Of a DNA stretch of 57,621 nucleotides, positions 35,703 through 43,487 are shown one piece after another. Numbering within the stretch: position 1 is the first letter of the stretch; each line of letters starts with the position of its first letter. The DNA is taken from positions 1-57,621 of the forward strand of contig LCOC01000004.1 of NCBI GenBank assembly GCA_001000545.1, in the 5' to 3' direction. Source of the stretch: Parcubacteria group bacterium GW2011_GWA2_47_21 (GTDB lineage: Bacteria; Patescibacteriota; Minisyncoccia; Phycocordibacterales; DSPV01). Below the pieces are notes generated by a model, which made no database searches, was not told the DNA's origin, and saw only the letters and a list, made by a program, of their open reading frames with translations. The position numbers and the translations under genes are program-made.

Positions 35703-36770
35703 ATGGATTTTCTTTCAAAAAGAGAGGTAAATGAATTGTTGGAGGAAGAATACGGTTTTCGCGTTCAAAAAATTGATGAGCCGAGGATTACGGAATCGGG
35801 CATCACCTTTCTCGTTTTTTTGGATAAAGGCGGCAAAGTAATCGTCAAACAAACGCATTGGTATGACTTTGCCGACAATCCTAGGGCTATACTTGAGAAA
35901 GTGCATTCGGTTGGCAATAATATTAAAAATCGGGGAGTGAAAGTGCAAGCGGCGCATCAAGCGCGAGGCGGCGGTTATGCTCGCTTTAGAAACGGCGCGC
36001 CAACCCTCGTTTTGCCGTATTTTGAAGGCCGGAGTTTTTCGGGGGCTGATGCGGATATTTTGGCTGCGGGTTTCGCTCTGGCTTCTTTTCACAAAGCCGG
36101 GGTTGAATTTCTGAAAAGTAATAAAGATGAATACGAGAACATACGGAAGACCATTCCCGTAGAAAAACCCTATGAGGAGTCCGTTGAACTATATAAAACG
36201 GAAATGCGAAGCGTCTTAAAGCGAACGCACGATTGCGCTGAAAAGGAGATTTGCGCTTTAGTGAGGGCTTCTACTCCCGCGATTGATGAGGCAATTGATT
36301 TTATAAGCCGCGCGTTTGATGAAGAAAAAAATCTTGCGAAAGGCATTATTCACACCGATTTTAATTTTAACAACGCCGTCTACGACGAGAGCGGCGCGGC
36401 GGCTATTATTGATATTGACCATTTGAACGTGGGGTGTTTGGGGGCGGACATCGGGAACGCTTTGGCTTCTTTTGTCTCCCGACTCAAGAAAATGGGCAAG
36501 GATGAGCCCGCCGAAAAAATCACCACTCTGTTTTTCTCGGCGTACCACAAATCCAATCCGTTGTCTTTGCTTGACTACAAACTCGCTTTGCCTTCCATAC
36601 AGAGGACGAGCGTGACGCGGATTCTCCGAATCATGCGCCGGCATCATTTTGAAAATAATCGTTTGCCGGAGATGATGAAAAAAATTCCGGATAGATTTCT
36701 GGCGCGTCTCAAAGATTCTCCAAAGGAATTTTCTTTTTTGACCAAAGAGTGGTTGCGAAAAATTTTCTAG
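35703..36770 (+). CDS. aminoglycoside/choline-kinase-fold phosphotransferase (APH family)
   Basis: Brenner-type catalytic loop IIHTDFNFNNAV followed by IIDIDHLNVG. 355 aa. Confidence 0.7.
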   Translation: MDFLSKREVNELLEEEYGFRVQKIDEPRITESGITFLVFLDKGGKVIVKQTHWYDFADNPRAILEKVHSVGNNIKNRGVKVQAAHQARGGGYARFRNGAPTLVLPYFEGRSFSGADADILAAGFALASFHKAGVEFLKSNKDEYENIRKTIPVEKPYEESVELYKTEMRSVLKRTHDCAEKEICALVRASTPAIDEAIDFISRAFDEEKNLAKGIIHTDFNFNNAVYDESGAAAIIDIDHLNVGCLGADIGNALASFVSRLKKMGKDEPAEKITTLFFSAYHKSNPLSLLDYKLALPSIQRTSVTRILRIMRRHHFENNRLPEMMKKIPDRFLARLKDSPKEFSFLTKEWLRKIF

Positions 36771-36820
36771 CACCTATCTCAAAAATTGGCTCTTGGGTGG
36801 TTATTTTTGAGATAGGTGCT
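36769..36820. repeat. perfect 18-bp inverted repeat with 16-nt loop, overlapping the kinase stop codon
   Basis: agcacctatctcaaaaat (36769-36786) and atttttgagataggtgct (36803-36820) are exact reverse complements. Confidence 0.85.
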
Positions 36821-36848
36821 AATAAAAGCCCCGCTCTTTCAAGCGAGG
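36821..36848 (-). terminator. rho-independent terminator candidate for the minus-strand membrane-protein gene
   Basis: On the minus strand cctcgct...agcgggg forms a stem followed by cttttatt. Confidence 0.45.
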
Positions 36849-36856
36849 CCTCCTGT

Positions 36857-37978
36857 TCAACCTTTGAGTGTAATGAGCACGATGCCGATAATGACGGCTA
36901 CGGCAACCCCAATTCTTAACAGTTTTTCTCCGGTATTTTGACCTTCTCGGAGGACATAAATGCCGTAGAAAGTGCCGAAGATCGCTGCGGCGCGTTTGAT
37001 GCTGGCGTAATAATTGACATTTGCACCGAAGAGCGCCACATTCATGACTAGGATTACGGCGCCATACACCAAGCCCACCCTTAAGAATTCGCGCCAGTAG
37101 CTTTTGAAGACAAAGCGCATCCTTTCAATACCACCTTGTTTGAGTGTCCAACCAAGGGTTATCGCGACGACTACGAGAGACATCACAATTCCGGCCAGGA
37201 AGGGGTTGGCGCTGTCAATGGCCACCTTGTCAAAGTTAACAGCAACGCTTGCAATGACTGTCGCCAATATCCCTGAAGCGACCGGGTGGTTGGCAAAAAA
37301 ATCACCCTTTGGCGCTTCATCCGGCGGCTTCCTCTTATTGGCTAACACACTGAGAGCCACTGCTGCCACCACAATGATGATTCCTGCGAATCCGGCGGCA
37401 CTTACGGACGGATTGCCGATTGGCGCGCTGTCGCCAATCAGTTGGTAGACAATGATAGATATCGGCAAAACAAAAACTGGCGACAAAGCCCAGGTTACCG
37501 ATACAAGCGAAACATCGCCGTAACGCATCCCTTTGGTTAGAAAATAAAAGATGCCTACATTTAGCACCCCCGTGCCAAGTATTGACCAAAAGAAATGTGA
37601 GCTTTTCAAGTCAAGAATTATTTGCTCGCCGTAGAGAATCGGCGACAACGCCAACGCTCCGATGAAGAGCACGAGCGCCACCACCGGGTAATAACCCATT
37701 AGTGTCTCATGGTCCTTGAGATGTAGGTTTGGATTGGTTGTCACCCTAGGGTCTTTGAGACCGGGGAAATTGGTCTTGACCATCGGCTGGAACAGGAAAC
37801 CGGTAATCATTGCTCCGAAAAGAAGGAGCGCCGTCCACCAAACATTTTGAAATATTTGGGTGTTAGCAATAATACCCACTACCGCGCCGATTTTGGACAT
37901 GACAAGCAGGATGAGGTAAACAAACGTAATGACGCGGGTAATGTTGCGCCGATTGGCCAGAGAGTTCGGTGTATTCAT
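36857..37978 (-). CDS. polytopic membrane protein, EamA/DMT-superfamily-like permease
   Basis: About 10 predicted TM helices. The C-terminal half (ASIKRAAAIFGTFYGIYVLREGQNTGEKLLRIGVAVAVIIGIVLI) matches the EamA repeat pattern. Confidence 0.5.
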   Translation of the reverse strand: MNTPNSLANRRNITRVITFVYLILLVMSKIGAVVGIIANTQIFQNVWWTALLLFGAMITGFLFQPMVKTNFPGLKDPRVTTNPNLHLKDHETLMGYYPVVALVLFIGALALSPILYGEQIILDLKSSHFFWSILGTGVLNVGIFYFLTKGMRYGDVSLVSVTWALSPVFVLPISIIVYQLIGDSAPIGNPSVSAAGFAGIIIVVAAVALSVLANKRKPPDEAPKGDFFANHPVASGILATVIASVAVNFDKVAIDSANPFLAGIVMSLVVVAITLGWTLKQGGIERMRFVFKSYWREFLRVGLVYGAVILVMNVALFGANVNYYASIKRAAAIFGTFYGIYVLREGQNTGEKLLRIGVAVAVIIGIVLITLKG

Positions 37979-37994
37979 ATCTTTAATTATTTTT

Positions 37995-38126
37995 AATTAC
38001 AAAACTCCCGAAGATGCGTAATTTTTGGAAACTCTCGGAGCGCGACGGTGCGAGAGGGAGCTAAAAATTCAGTAGAATTTTATAGCGTTCTCCAAAAATT
38101 ACGCGCCGAGGAAGAGTTTTGTAATT
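37995..38126. repeat. about 130-nt imperfect palindrome in a divergent promoter region
   Basis: aattacaaaactcccgaagatgcgtaatttttggaaac pairs with gttctccaaaaattacgcgccgaggaagagttttgtaatt. The central stem is ctctcg/cgagag. Confidence 0.7.
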
Positions 38127-38240
38127 CACGATTTAATTATGTCAAAGAAGGTGATGTTTGTCTTTTTTCTAAAATAATATTAATTCCATAAAAAAGTAAA
38201 TGATTTGGCCGATTTCAAGCGGCGTGCTATATTTTCAGGC

Positions 38241-40490
38241 ATGTTGAATCTTTGGCTAAAGAGAATTGTTTTTACCGGAATTTTTCTCGTGCCCTTTGTG
38301 CCGCTTGTGGTGACAGAGTCGCTTTTTTTTCCTTATATCACGGGAAAGGCCTTTGTCTACCGGCTGATTGTAGAAATTATTTTTTCGGCGTGGCTTATTT
38401 TGATGATTAAAAACCCGGTCTACCGGCCGCGGATGTCTTTTATTCTCAAGGCCTTCGCCGCTTTTATTTTCCTGATTGCCGTTTCCGACGCCCTGAGTCC
38501 GAACGCTTTCAAAAGTTTTTGGTCAAACTTTGAGCGGATGGAGGGTTGGGTGGCTTTAATTCACCACCTCGGATACTTTCTGGTGATTGGCAGCATGCTT
38601 GCCGGCGAAAAGCTCTGGCGGAGATTTTTTGACACCTCTATTGGCGTTTCTTTAATTGTTACCGGCTACGGCATTCTCCAGCTGTTTGGCGTTTTCACCA
38701 TCAATCAAGGCGGAGTCAGGGTTGATTCCACTTTCGGCAACGCCGCCTACTTGGGCGTTTACACGCTATTTCACATCTTTCTCGCGGTTTTCTTTTTGAT
38801 GCGCGAGCGGCTTCATTCTTGGCGGCAGTATTTTTACGGCGCGGCTATTGCGCTCAATCTTATTATTCTTTATTTCACCGCCACCCGCGGCGTCTTCATC
38901 GGCCTTTTTGTCGGGGTTTTGGTCTCGGTTGGATTACTCGCCCTCTTTGAGAGGGAAAATAAAAAATTAAGGAAGATTTTCGCCGGCGCCCTCATCGCCC
39001 TCTTTGTATTCGTAGGCTCAATTTTTCTTCTTAAAGATACCGCGCTCATAAAAGCCACCGGCCCTCTTAATCGCATCGCTTCAATCTCGCTTAACGATGC
39101 CAATGTGCGCTTTAACATCTGGAAAATCGCTTTTGCAGGTTTCAAGGAGCGGCCGATTTTCGGCTGGGGGCAGGAGAGCTTTAATTATGTTTTCAACAAG
39201 CATTACCATCCGTCTCTCTACGGTCAAGAGCAGTGGTTTGACCGGACCCACAATATTGTTTTTGACTGGCTTATTGCCGGCGGCTTGCTTGGACTTATTG
39301 CTTACTTAGTCCTATTTGCGGCCGGCCTTATTGCCGTCTGGAAAGGGGAGCCCCCGCGATTCCACTGGATAAAAGCGGCAAAAATTCGCGGCTGGTTGGA
39401 GCGAATTTTTGGAGCGGATAATGGCGGTTTGGGCGTCAGAGAGAAGGCGGTCTTGACCGGTCTCCTTGCCGGCTATTTCGCCCAAAATTTTTTCGTTTTT
39501 GACCAGATAGGAAGTTACATTCTTTTTGCCTCGGTTCTTGGCTATCTTCACTCTCGTGTGGCGGAGCCGCTCCCCGACCGCGTTCATAAAGCGCTCTCTT
39601 TGGACCGCGGCGCTCTCAATCGCCTGGTGATTCCAGTAGTGACCCTCGTTTTCGTTTTTTCGGTTTATTTTGTGAATGCCAAAGGATTTATGACTGCTCG
39701 GACTCTCATTAAGGGCTTTCAAAGTTACCCCAATGAAGGCGCTGAAAAGAATTTGACGCTTTTTAAGAAAGCCGCTTCGTATGAAGCGTTGGGAAAATCA
39801 GAGGTGCGAGAGCAAATTTCCCAGGCGGCCTCAAGAGTGCTTGCCACCAAGGAGGCGAGTTTGGCTTTGAAACAATCCTTTTTTGACGCCGCTCGCTCTG
39901 CCTTGATGAAACAAATTGAGGAGGCGCCCGGCGATGCGCGTTATTATCTTTTTCTCGGCTCTTTTTTTAATCAGGCCGGCGCCTTTGAAGAGGCGAGGGC
40001 TTATCTTGGTAAGGCCTTGGAGCTTTCCCCGCGCAAACAGATGATTATTTTTGAGATTGGCTCCAGTTATTTTGCCGAGGGCAAGACAGCGGAAGCGCTC
40101 GCCGCTTTCAAGGAGGCGTTTCTGCTTGAGCCGAAGTTCTCCGAAGCGAGACAGCTTTACGGACTTATGGCGATTTACAATCGAGACCTCAAGTTAGCTG
40201 AAGAAATTCTTGTTCCGGCTTACGGCACGGCTCTGGTGGCTGATGACAGGTTTATCAACGCTTACGATAAGATAGGGGATAAAAAGGCCGTGCTTAAAAT
40301 TTGGCAGAACCGGGTGGGTATTTTGCCGGACAACGCCGATTGGCGGGTCTCGCTTGCGGCGGCTTATCTGGCGGCGGGCGAGAGGCAGAACGCGCTCAAA
40401 GAGCTTGAGGAATCGGCGCGGCTCAATCCGGATTTAAAAGAGCGGGTTGAATATTATATTAAGGAGATAAGGGCGGGGAGGAATCCTTAA
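38241..40490 (+). CDS. O-antigen-ligase-like (Wzy_C) polytopic membrane protein with C-terminal TPR repeats
   Basis: Multiple TM helices, YFTATRGVFIGLFVG and FDRTHNIVFDWLIAGGLLGLIAYL Wzy_C-type blocks, and a C-terminal ~250 aa of TPR-like repeats (ARAYLGKALELSP, ALAAFKEAFLLEP, ALKELEESARLNP). ATG 38241 preferred. Confidence 0.75.
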   Translation: MLNLWLKRIVFTGIFLVPFVPLVVTESLFFPYITGKAFVYRLIVEIIFSAWLILMIKNPVYRPRMSFILKAFAAFIFLIAVSDALSPNAFKSFWSNFERMEGWVALIHHLGYFLVIGSMLAGEKLWRRFFDTSIGVSLIVTGYGILQLFGVFTINQGGVRVDSTFGNAAYLGVYTLFHIFLAVFFLMRERLHSWRQYFYGAAIALNLIILYFTATRGVFIGLFVGVLVSVGLLALFERENKKLRKIFAGALIALFVFVGSIFLLKDTALIKATGPLNRIASISLNDANVRFNIWKIAFAGFKERPIFGWGQESFNYVFNKHYHPSLYGQEQWFDRTHNIVFDWLIAGGLLGLIAYLVLFAAGLIAVWKGEPPRFHWIKAAKIRGWLERIFGADNGGLGVREKAVLTGLLAGYFAQNFFVFDQIGSYILFASVLGYLHSRVAEPLPDRVHKALSLDRGALNRLVIPVVTLVFVFSVYFVNAKGFMTARTLIKGFQSYPNEGAEKNLTLFKKAASYEALGKSEVREQISQAASRVLATKEASLALKQSFFDAARSALMKQIEEAPGDARYYLFLGSFFNQAGAFEEARAYLGKALELSPRKQMIIFEIGSSYFAEGKTAEALAAFKEAFLLEPKFSEARQLYGLMAIYNRDLKLAEEILVPAYGTALVADDRFINAYDKIGDKKAVLKIWQNRVGILPDNADWRVSLAAAYLAAGERQNALKELEESARLNPDLKERVEYYIKEIRAGRNP

Positions 40491-40626
40491 CGGCCGCTCG
40501 AATACATTTTTTGAAATGCACGAAAATTTTCTGCTGAAAATTTTCTCTATCCGGCATCGTCGCGCCTTCCAATGCATTTCAAAAAAGTATCCTCGCTTAA
40601 AATTCAAGACAGGCCATCATGTTCGC

Positions 40627-40654
40627 TTGACAAGTATTAAGTTTATGCTATCTT
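40627..40654 (+). promoter_or_regulatory. sigma70-like promoter candidate TTGACA-N16-TATCTT
   Basis: Consensus -35 at 40627-40632 and TATCTT at 40649-40654. A ~115-nt structured leader follows before the ATG at 40776. Confidence 0.35.
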
Positions 40655-40775
40655 ATTTTACAGATGAGAACCGGCGTATGCGAATAGCGCACTACCAATG
40701 CGCGCACGCGAATAATACGGGGTTCTTAAACAGTACCGAAAGGGTCAAAAAACCTTTCAAACAAAGGAAAAAACT

Positions 40776-41858
40776 ATGGCGAAGATTGTACTTGTTTGCG
40801 GAATGGTTAATACAGGCAATTTCTTTAATCCACTTGCTACGGCACTTGAACAGCGGGGGCACACGGTTCACCTAAGTATTGGCACGCATAGACCATCGTC
40901 TTCAGATGACCAGCAAGGTGGCCTGTCCTATTTGATTGAGAATGCTGATCTAGTGTTATCAGGAATGTCCAATCCAGCTGACTTTGCTGGTTTGGAGCTT
41001 TTCGCTCTGTCCTTGGCATATGTGAGGAATGTTCCATTTGGTTTCTTGTCGGACGCCAATGGGGCTTGGCGGCGGGAGTACTTCCAAAATTTTGCCGATA
41101 AGGCAAGTTTGCTTGCCGTCCGTTTCCCGCATGAGGTGGCATTAGCCGAAAGAATCTTTCCAAACGCGACCATCGCTTCTGTTGGTCATCCAACAGCCGA
41201 AAAAGCGTCTTCCGCTAAGTTTACGAGGGAAAAATTGCGGAAGCGGCTCGGCCTTGCCGACAGTGAGCTTGTTGTTTATCTCGCCGGAACCAAAATGATG
41301 GACATGAATCGTGAGGCAATCACCTTGGTTACACAATCAATCAAACAGTTCTCCCGCGATTTTCATATTCGTTTCCTCTTCGGTCCTCATCCGGGAATTA
41401 CCGGCGAGAAAGCGAGAAAAGATGGCAAGGAAGTTTCTTTGGACGAATACCGGAACTGGAGCGAGAACATTGAATTTGTTCCGGATGTCTCCGGCGAGGA
41501 TATTGTTCCGGCGGCGGATGCCTTTTTGTTCACTACCGGCACCGCATTCTACGCTGCCATATATCAAGGCGACCAAGGCGCTCTGGCGGTATTGCTCAAT
41601 TCACCAAAAATTGCCGCCATTCGTGGCACGAGCAACGACCTGTCGTTTGAATGCGAGACCGGGGCGATTGTGCCGGTGGCGAGCGCCGATGCTTTGGCGG
41701 CGGTTTTGGGAAATACCATCTACCCGTATCCGGCAGTGCTTCAGGCCAACAGAAGAGTGTATTGGCCGAAACCGGAGAGAGAGGGAGCGGCGGTGGACGC
41801 TCTAGCCATCTTGATTACGGCGAGTATTGAAGCTCGCTTTACCGAGCACGCCAAGTAG
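40776..41858 (+). CDS. hypothetical protein, weak GT-B/Rossmann-like layout without canonical catalytic motifs
   Basis: N-terminal KIVLVCGMVNTGNFFNPLATALEQRGHTV and the linker SVGHPTAEK...LRKRLGLADSELVVYLAGT echo the G-x-P / LG...Y pattern of the SWD paralogs. The SWD and RPYP motifs are absent and the gene is visibly GC-richer than its neighbours. Confidence 0.35.
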   Translation: MAKIVLVCGMVNTGNFFNPLATALEQRGHTVHLSIGTHRPSSSDDQQGGLSYLIENADLVLSGMSNPADFAGLELFALSLAYVRNVPFGFLSDANGAWRREYFQNFADKASLLAVRFPHEVALAERIFPNATIASVGHPTAEKASSAKFTREKLRKRLGLADSELVVYLAGTKMMDMNREAITLVTQSIKQFSRDFHIRFLFGPHPGITGEKARKDGKEVSLDEYRNWSENIEFVPDVSGEDIVPAADAFLFTTGTAFYAAIYQGDQGALAVLLNSPKIAAIRGTSNDLSFECETGAIVPVASADALAAVLGNTIYPYPAVLQANRRVYWPKPEREGAAVDALAILITASIEARFTEHAK

Positions 41859-41886
41859 GATGAGATTTTTAGGGAAATGATTACCC

Positions 41887-41927
41887 GCGCCGAAGTGAAC
41901 GAGTTCACTTCGGCGCTCTTCTTTTTT
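41887..41927 (+). terminator. rho-independent terminator
   Basis: gcgccgaagtgaac (41887-41900), loop gag, ttcacttcggcgc (41904-41916), then ctcttctttttt. Confidence 0.7.
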
Positions 41928-41930
41928 ATA

Positions 41931-42205
41931 ATAGATACGCTTAACGAATGGCGCACACGAATGGGGAACACCCTGCGCTTGTGCGCGGGGAATCGGGGCG
42001 GCCAGGCAAGGGTCCAACGCCCTGCGGTGCCGCTCTTCAAATTTACAAGGCCTTGATGATGACGAAGTCTGCCCGCGCCGCGGGCGCGGCAGACAGGATA
42101 TGAAGCTGATTTGTCCCCAGCTTAGCTTGACTTTTAATAAAGGCCTTGGTAGTATGCCACCCGTGAGTGCGAGCAAATGCTTGCTCAAACGAATGTCTGC
42201 GTAAG
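41931..42205 (+). other. GC-rich structured non-coding segment between two terminators (candidate small RNA; identity unknown)
   Basis: There is no credible ORF. Strong hairpins are gcgcaca...tgtgcgc (about 41950-41985) and gtctgcccgcgcc-gcg-ggcgcggcagac (about 42067-42094). The segment ends at the terminator at 42206-42233. Confidence 0.25.
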
Positions 42206-42233
42206 ACCCGCCTTTGGCGGGTTTTGCGTTTTT
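42206..42233 (+). terminator. rho-independent terminator
   Basis: acccgcc-ttt-ggcgggt followed by ttttgcgttttt. Confidence 0.65.
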
Positions 42234-42354
42234 ATTCCTGCCTGTCTATAATGGAGGCACTGGTTGCTCCAAGTTATGGTCGGCGGTTCGCACTCACATA
42301 AGACATTAGTTTTTAGGAGCTCGCGCCCGCCGGCCATAACTCGGCGAAACTTTT

Positions 42355-43377
42355 ATGAGGGTTGAAGAGAATGTTCCATTAAAAGATTTGTCAACATTCA
42401 AGGTGGGCGGGGCGGCCCGCTATTTTTGTCGCGCCGCGTCATTTGACGATTTAAAGGAGGCATATAGGTTTGCCAAGAGTAAGAAACTTAAAATTTTTGT
42501 GCTCGGCGGCGGTTCCAATATTTTGGTTTCCGATGCGGGCTTTAATGGTTTGGTTATAAAGAATGAAATCTCCGGCATCAAGTTTACTGAAAAATCCGGC
42601 GGTTTGACGCTGGTGGAAGCGGGCGCCGGAGAAAATTGGGATGCTTTGGTGGCGCTTTGCGTTTCTAAAAACCTGTGGGGCTTGGAGAATTTATCCGGCA
42701 TTCCCGGGACGGTTGGCGCCGCGCCGATTCAAAATATCGGCGCCTACGGCGCCGAAATTAAAGACACGGTGAAATGGGTTGAGGTCTTTGACCCGAAGTT
42801 TATGAAGCGAAAGGTTATGACGGCCGAAGCGTGCCGTTTCGGTTACCGCGACAGCCGTTTCAAACATTCCCCCGATAGCCGATATGTCGTTACGCGATTG
42901 ACTCTTACTCTTTCCACCAGCCCCAGACCGAACTTAAATTATACAGATGTCAAAGAATTCTTTGCGGGCAGGAATGGCACGCCGTCGCTTCATGAGATTA
43001 GAGAAGCGGTGTTAAAAATTCGTCGCCATAAGCTTCCGGATTATGAGAAAATCGGCACAGCCGGTTCATTTTTCAAAAACCCAATTCTTTCCCAAGAAGA
43101 GTTCAACCGACTGCGGGCGCAATTTCCAGATTTGCCCGGGAGGCCTTTCGGCAGCCGGCAAATTAAAATTTCCTTAGCCCATATCATAGACAAAATTTTA
43201 GGCCTCAAGGGCTTCCAAAAAGGCCCGGTGGCTGTTCATGGCAGACAAGCTTTGGTCTTAGTCAATCTCGGGAACGCGACGGCCAAGGAGATACTTTTGC
43301 TTGCCGAAGAAATAGAGCGGCGGATAAAAGAGAAACTCGGTTTGGAAATTGAGAGGGAGGTGGAAATAATAAAATAA
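42355..43377 (+). CDS. murB: UDP-N-acetylenolpyruvoylglucosamine reductase
   Basis: LKDLSTFKVGGAARYF, FVLGGGSNILVSD, GLENLSGIPGTVGAAPIQNIGAYG, AGSFFKNP. Confidence 0.9.
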   Translation: MRVEENVPLKDLSTFKVGGAARYFCRAASFDDLKEAYRFAKSKKLKIFVLGGGSNILVSDAGFNGLVIKNEISGIKFTEKSGGLTLVEAGAGENWDALVALCVSKNLWGLENLSGIPGTVGAAPIQNIGAYGAEIKDTVKWVEVFDPKFMKRKVMTAEACRFGYRDSRFKHSPDSRYVVTRLTLTLSTSPRPNLNYTDVKEFFAGRNGTPSLHEIREAVLKIRRHKLPDYEKIGTAGSFFKNPILSQEEFNRLRAQFPDLPGRPFGSRQIKISLAHIIDKILGLKGFQKGPVAVHGRQALVLVNLGNATAKEILLLAEEIERRIKEKLGLEIEREVEIIK

Positions 43378-43487
43378 CACGAATCCGCAAACTTGAAGCG
43401 AATTTACGAATAACGAATTCGTAATTCGTTTCATTCGTCCAATTATTTGTAGATTAGTGTTATATTCTGTGTTACCATAAGCCCGCT

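Noticed and set aside
40516-40875. 119-aa + strand ORF upstream of and overlapping the 40776 gene.
   Set aside because: It spans a promoter-like element and a structured leader, overlaps the start of the better-supported 40776..41858 ORF out of frame, and has a basic low-complexity sequence.
40776-41858. MurG, because a ~360-aa GT-B-like gene sits directly upstream of murB.
   Set aside because: The GGTGGH glycine loop, the HEQN block and the C-terminal GGSxGA motif are all absent, so the gene is left as hypothetical.
41741-42188. Minus-strand ORFs of 99 and 128 aa in the GC-rich spacer, and a 50-codon + strand ORF from ATG 41948.
   Set aside because: Arg/Pro/Gly-rich composition is expected from translating GC-rich hairpins. 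They overlap two + strand terminators and the 3' end of the 40776 gene. There are no motifs.
41931-42235. tmRNA, RNase P RNA or SRP RNA in the GC-rich terminator-bounded segment; 4152-4465 was also considered.
   Set aside because: I found no tRNA-like T-arm or CCA end, no GAGGAAAGUCC / ACAGAA P4 strands, and no GGAA-tetraloop AGCAGC SRP domain IV on either strand. It is kept only as an unassigned candidate RNA.
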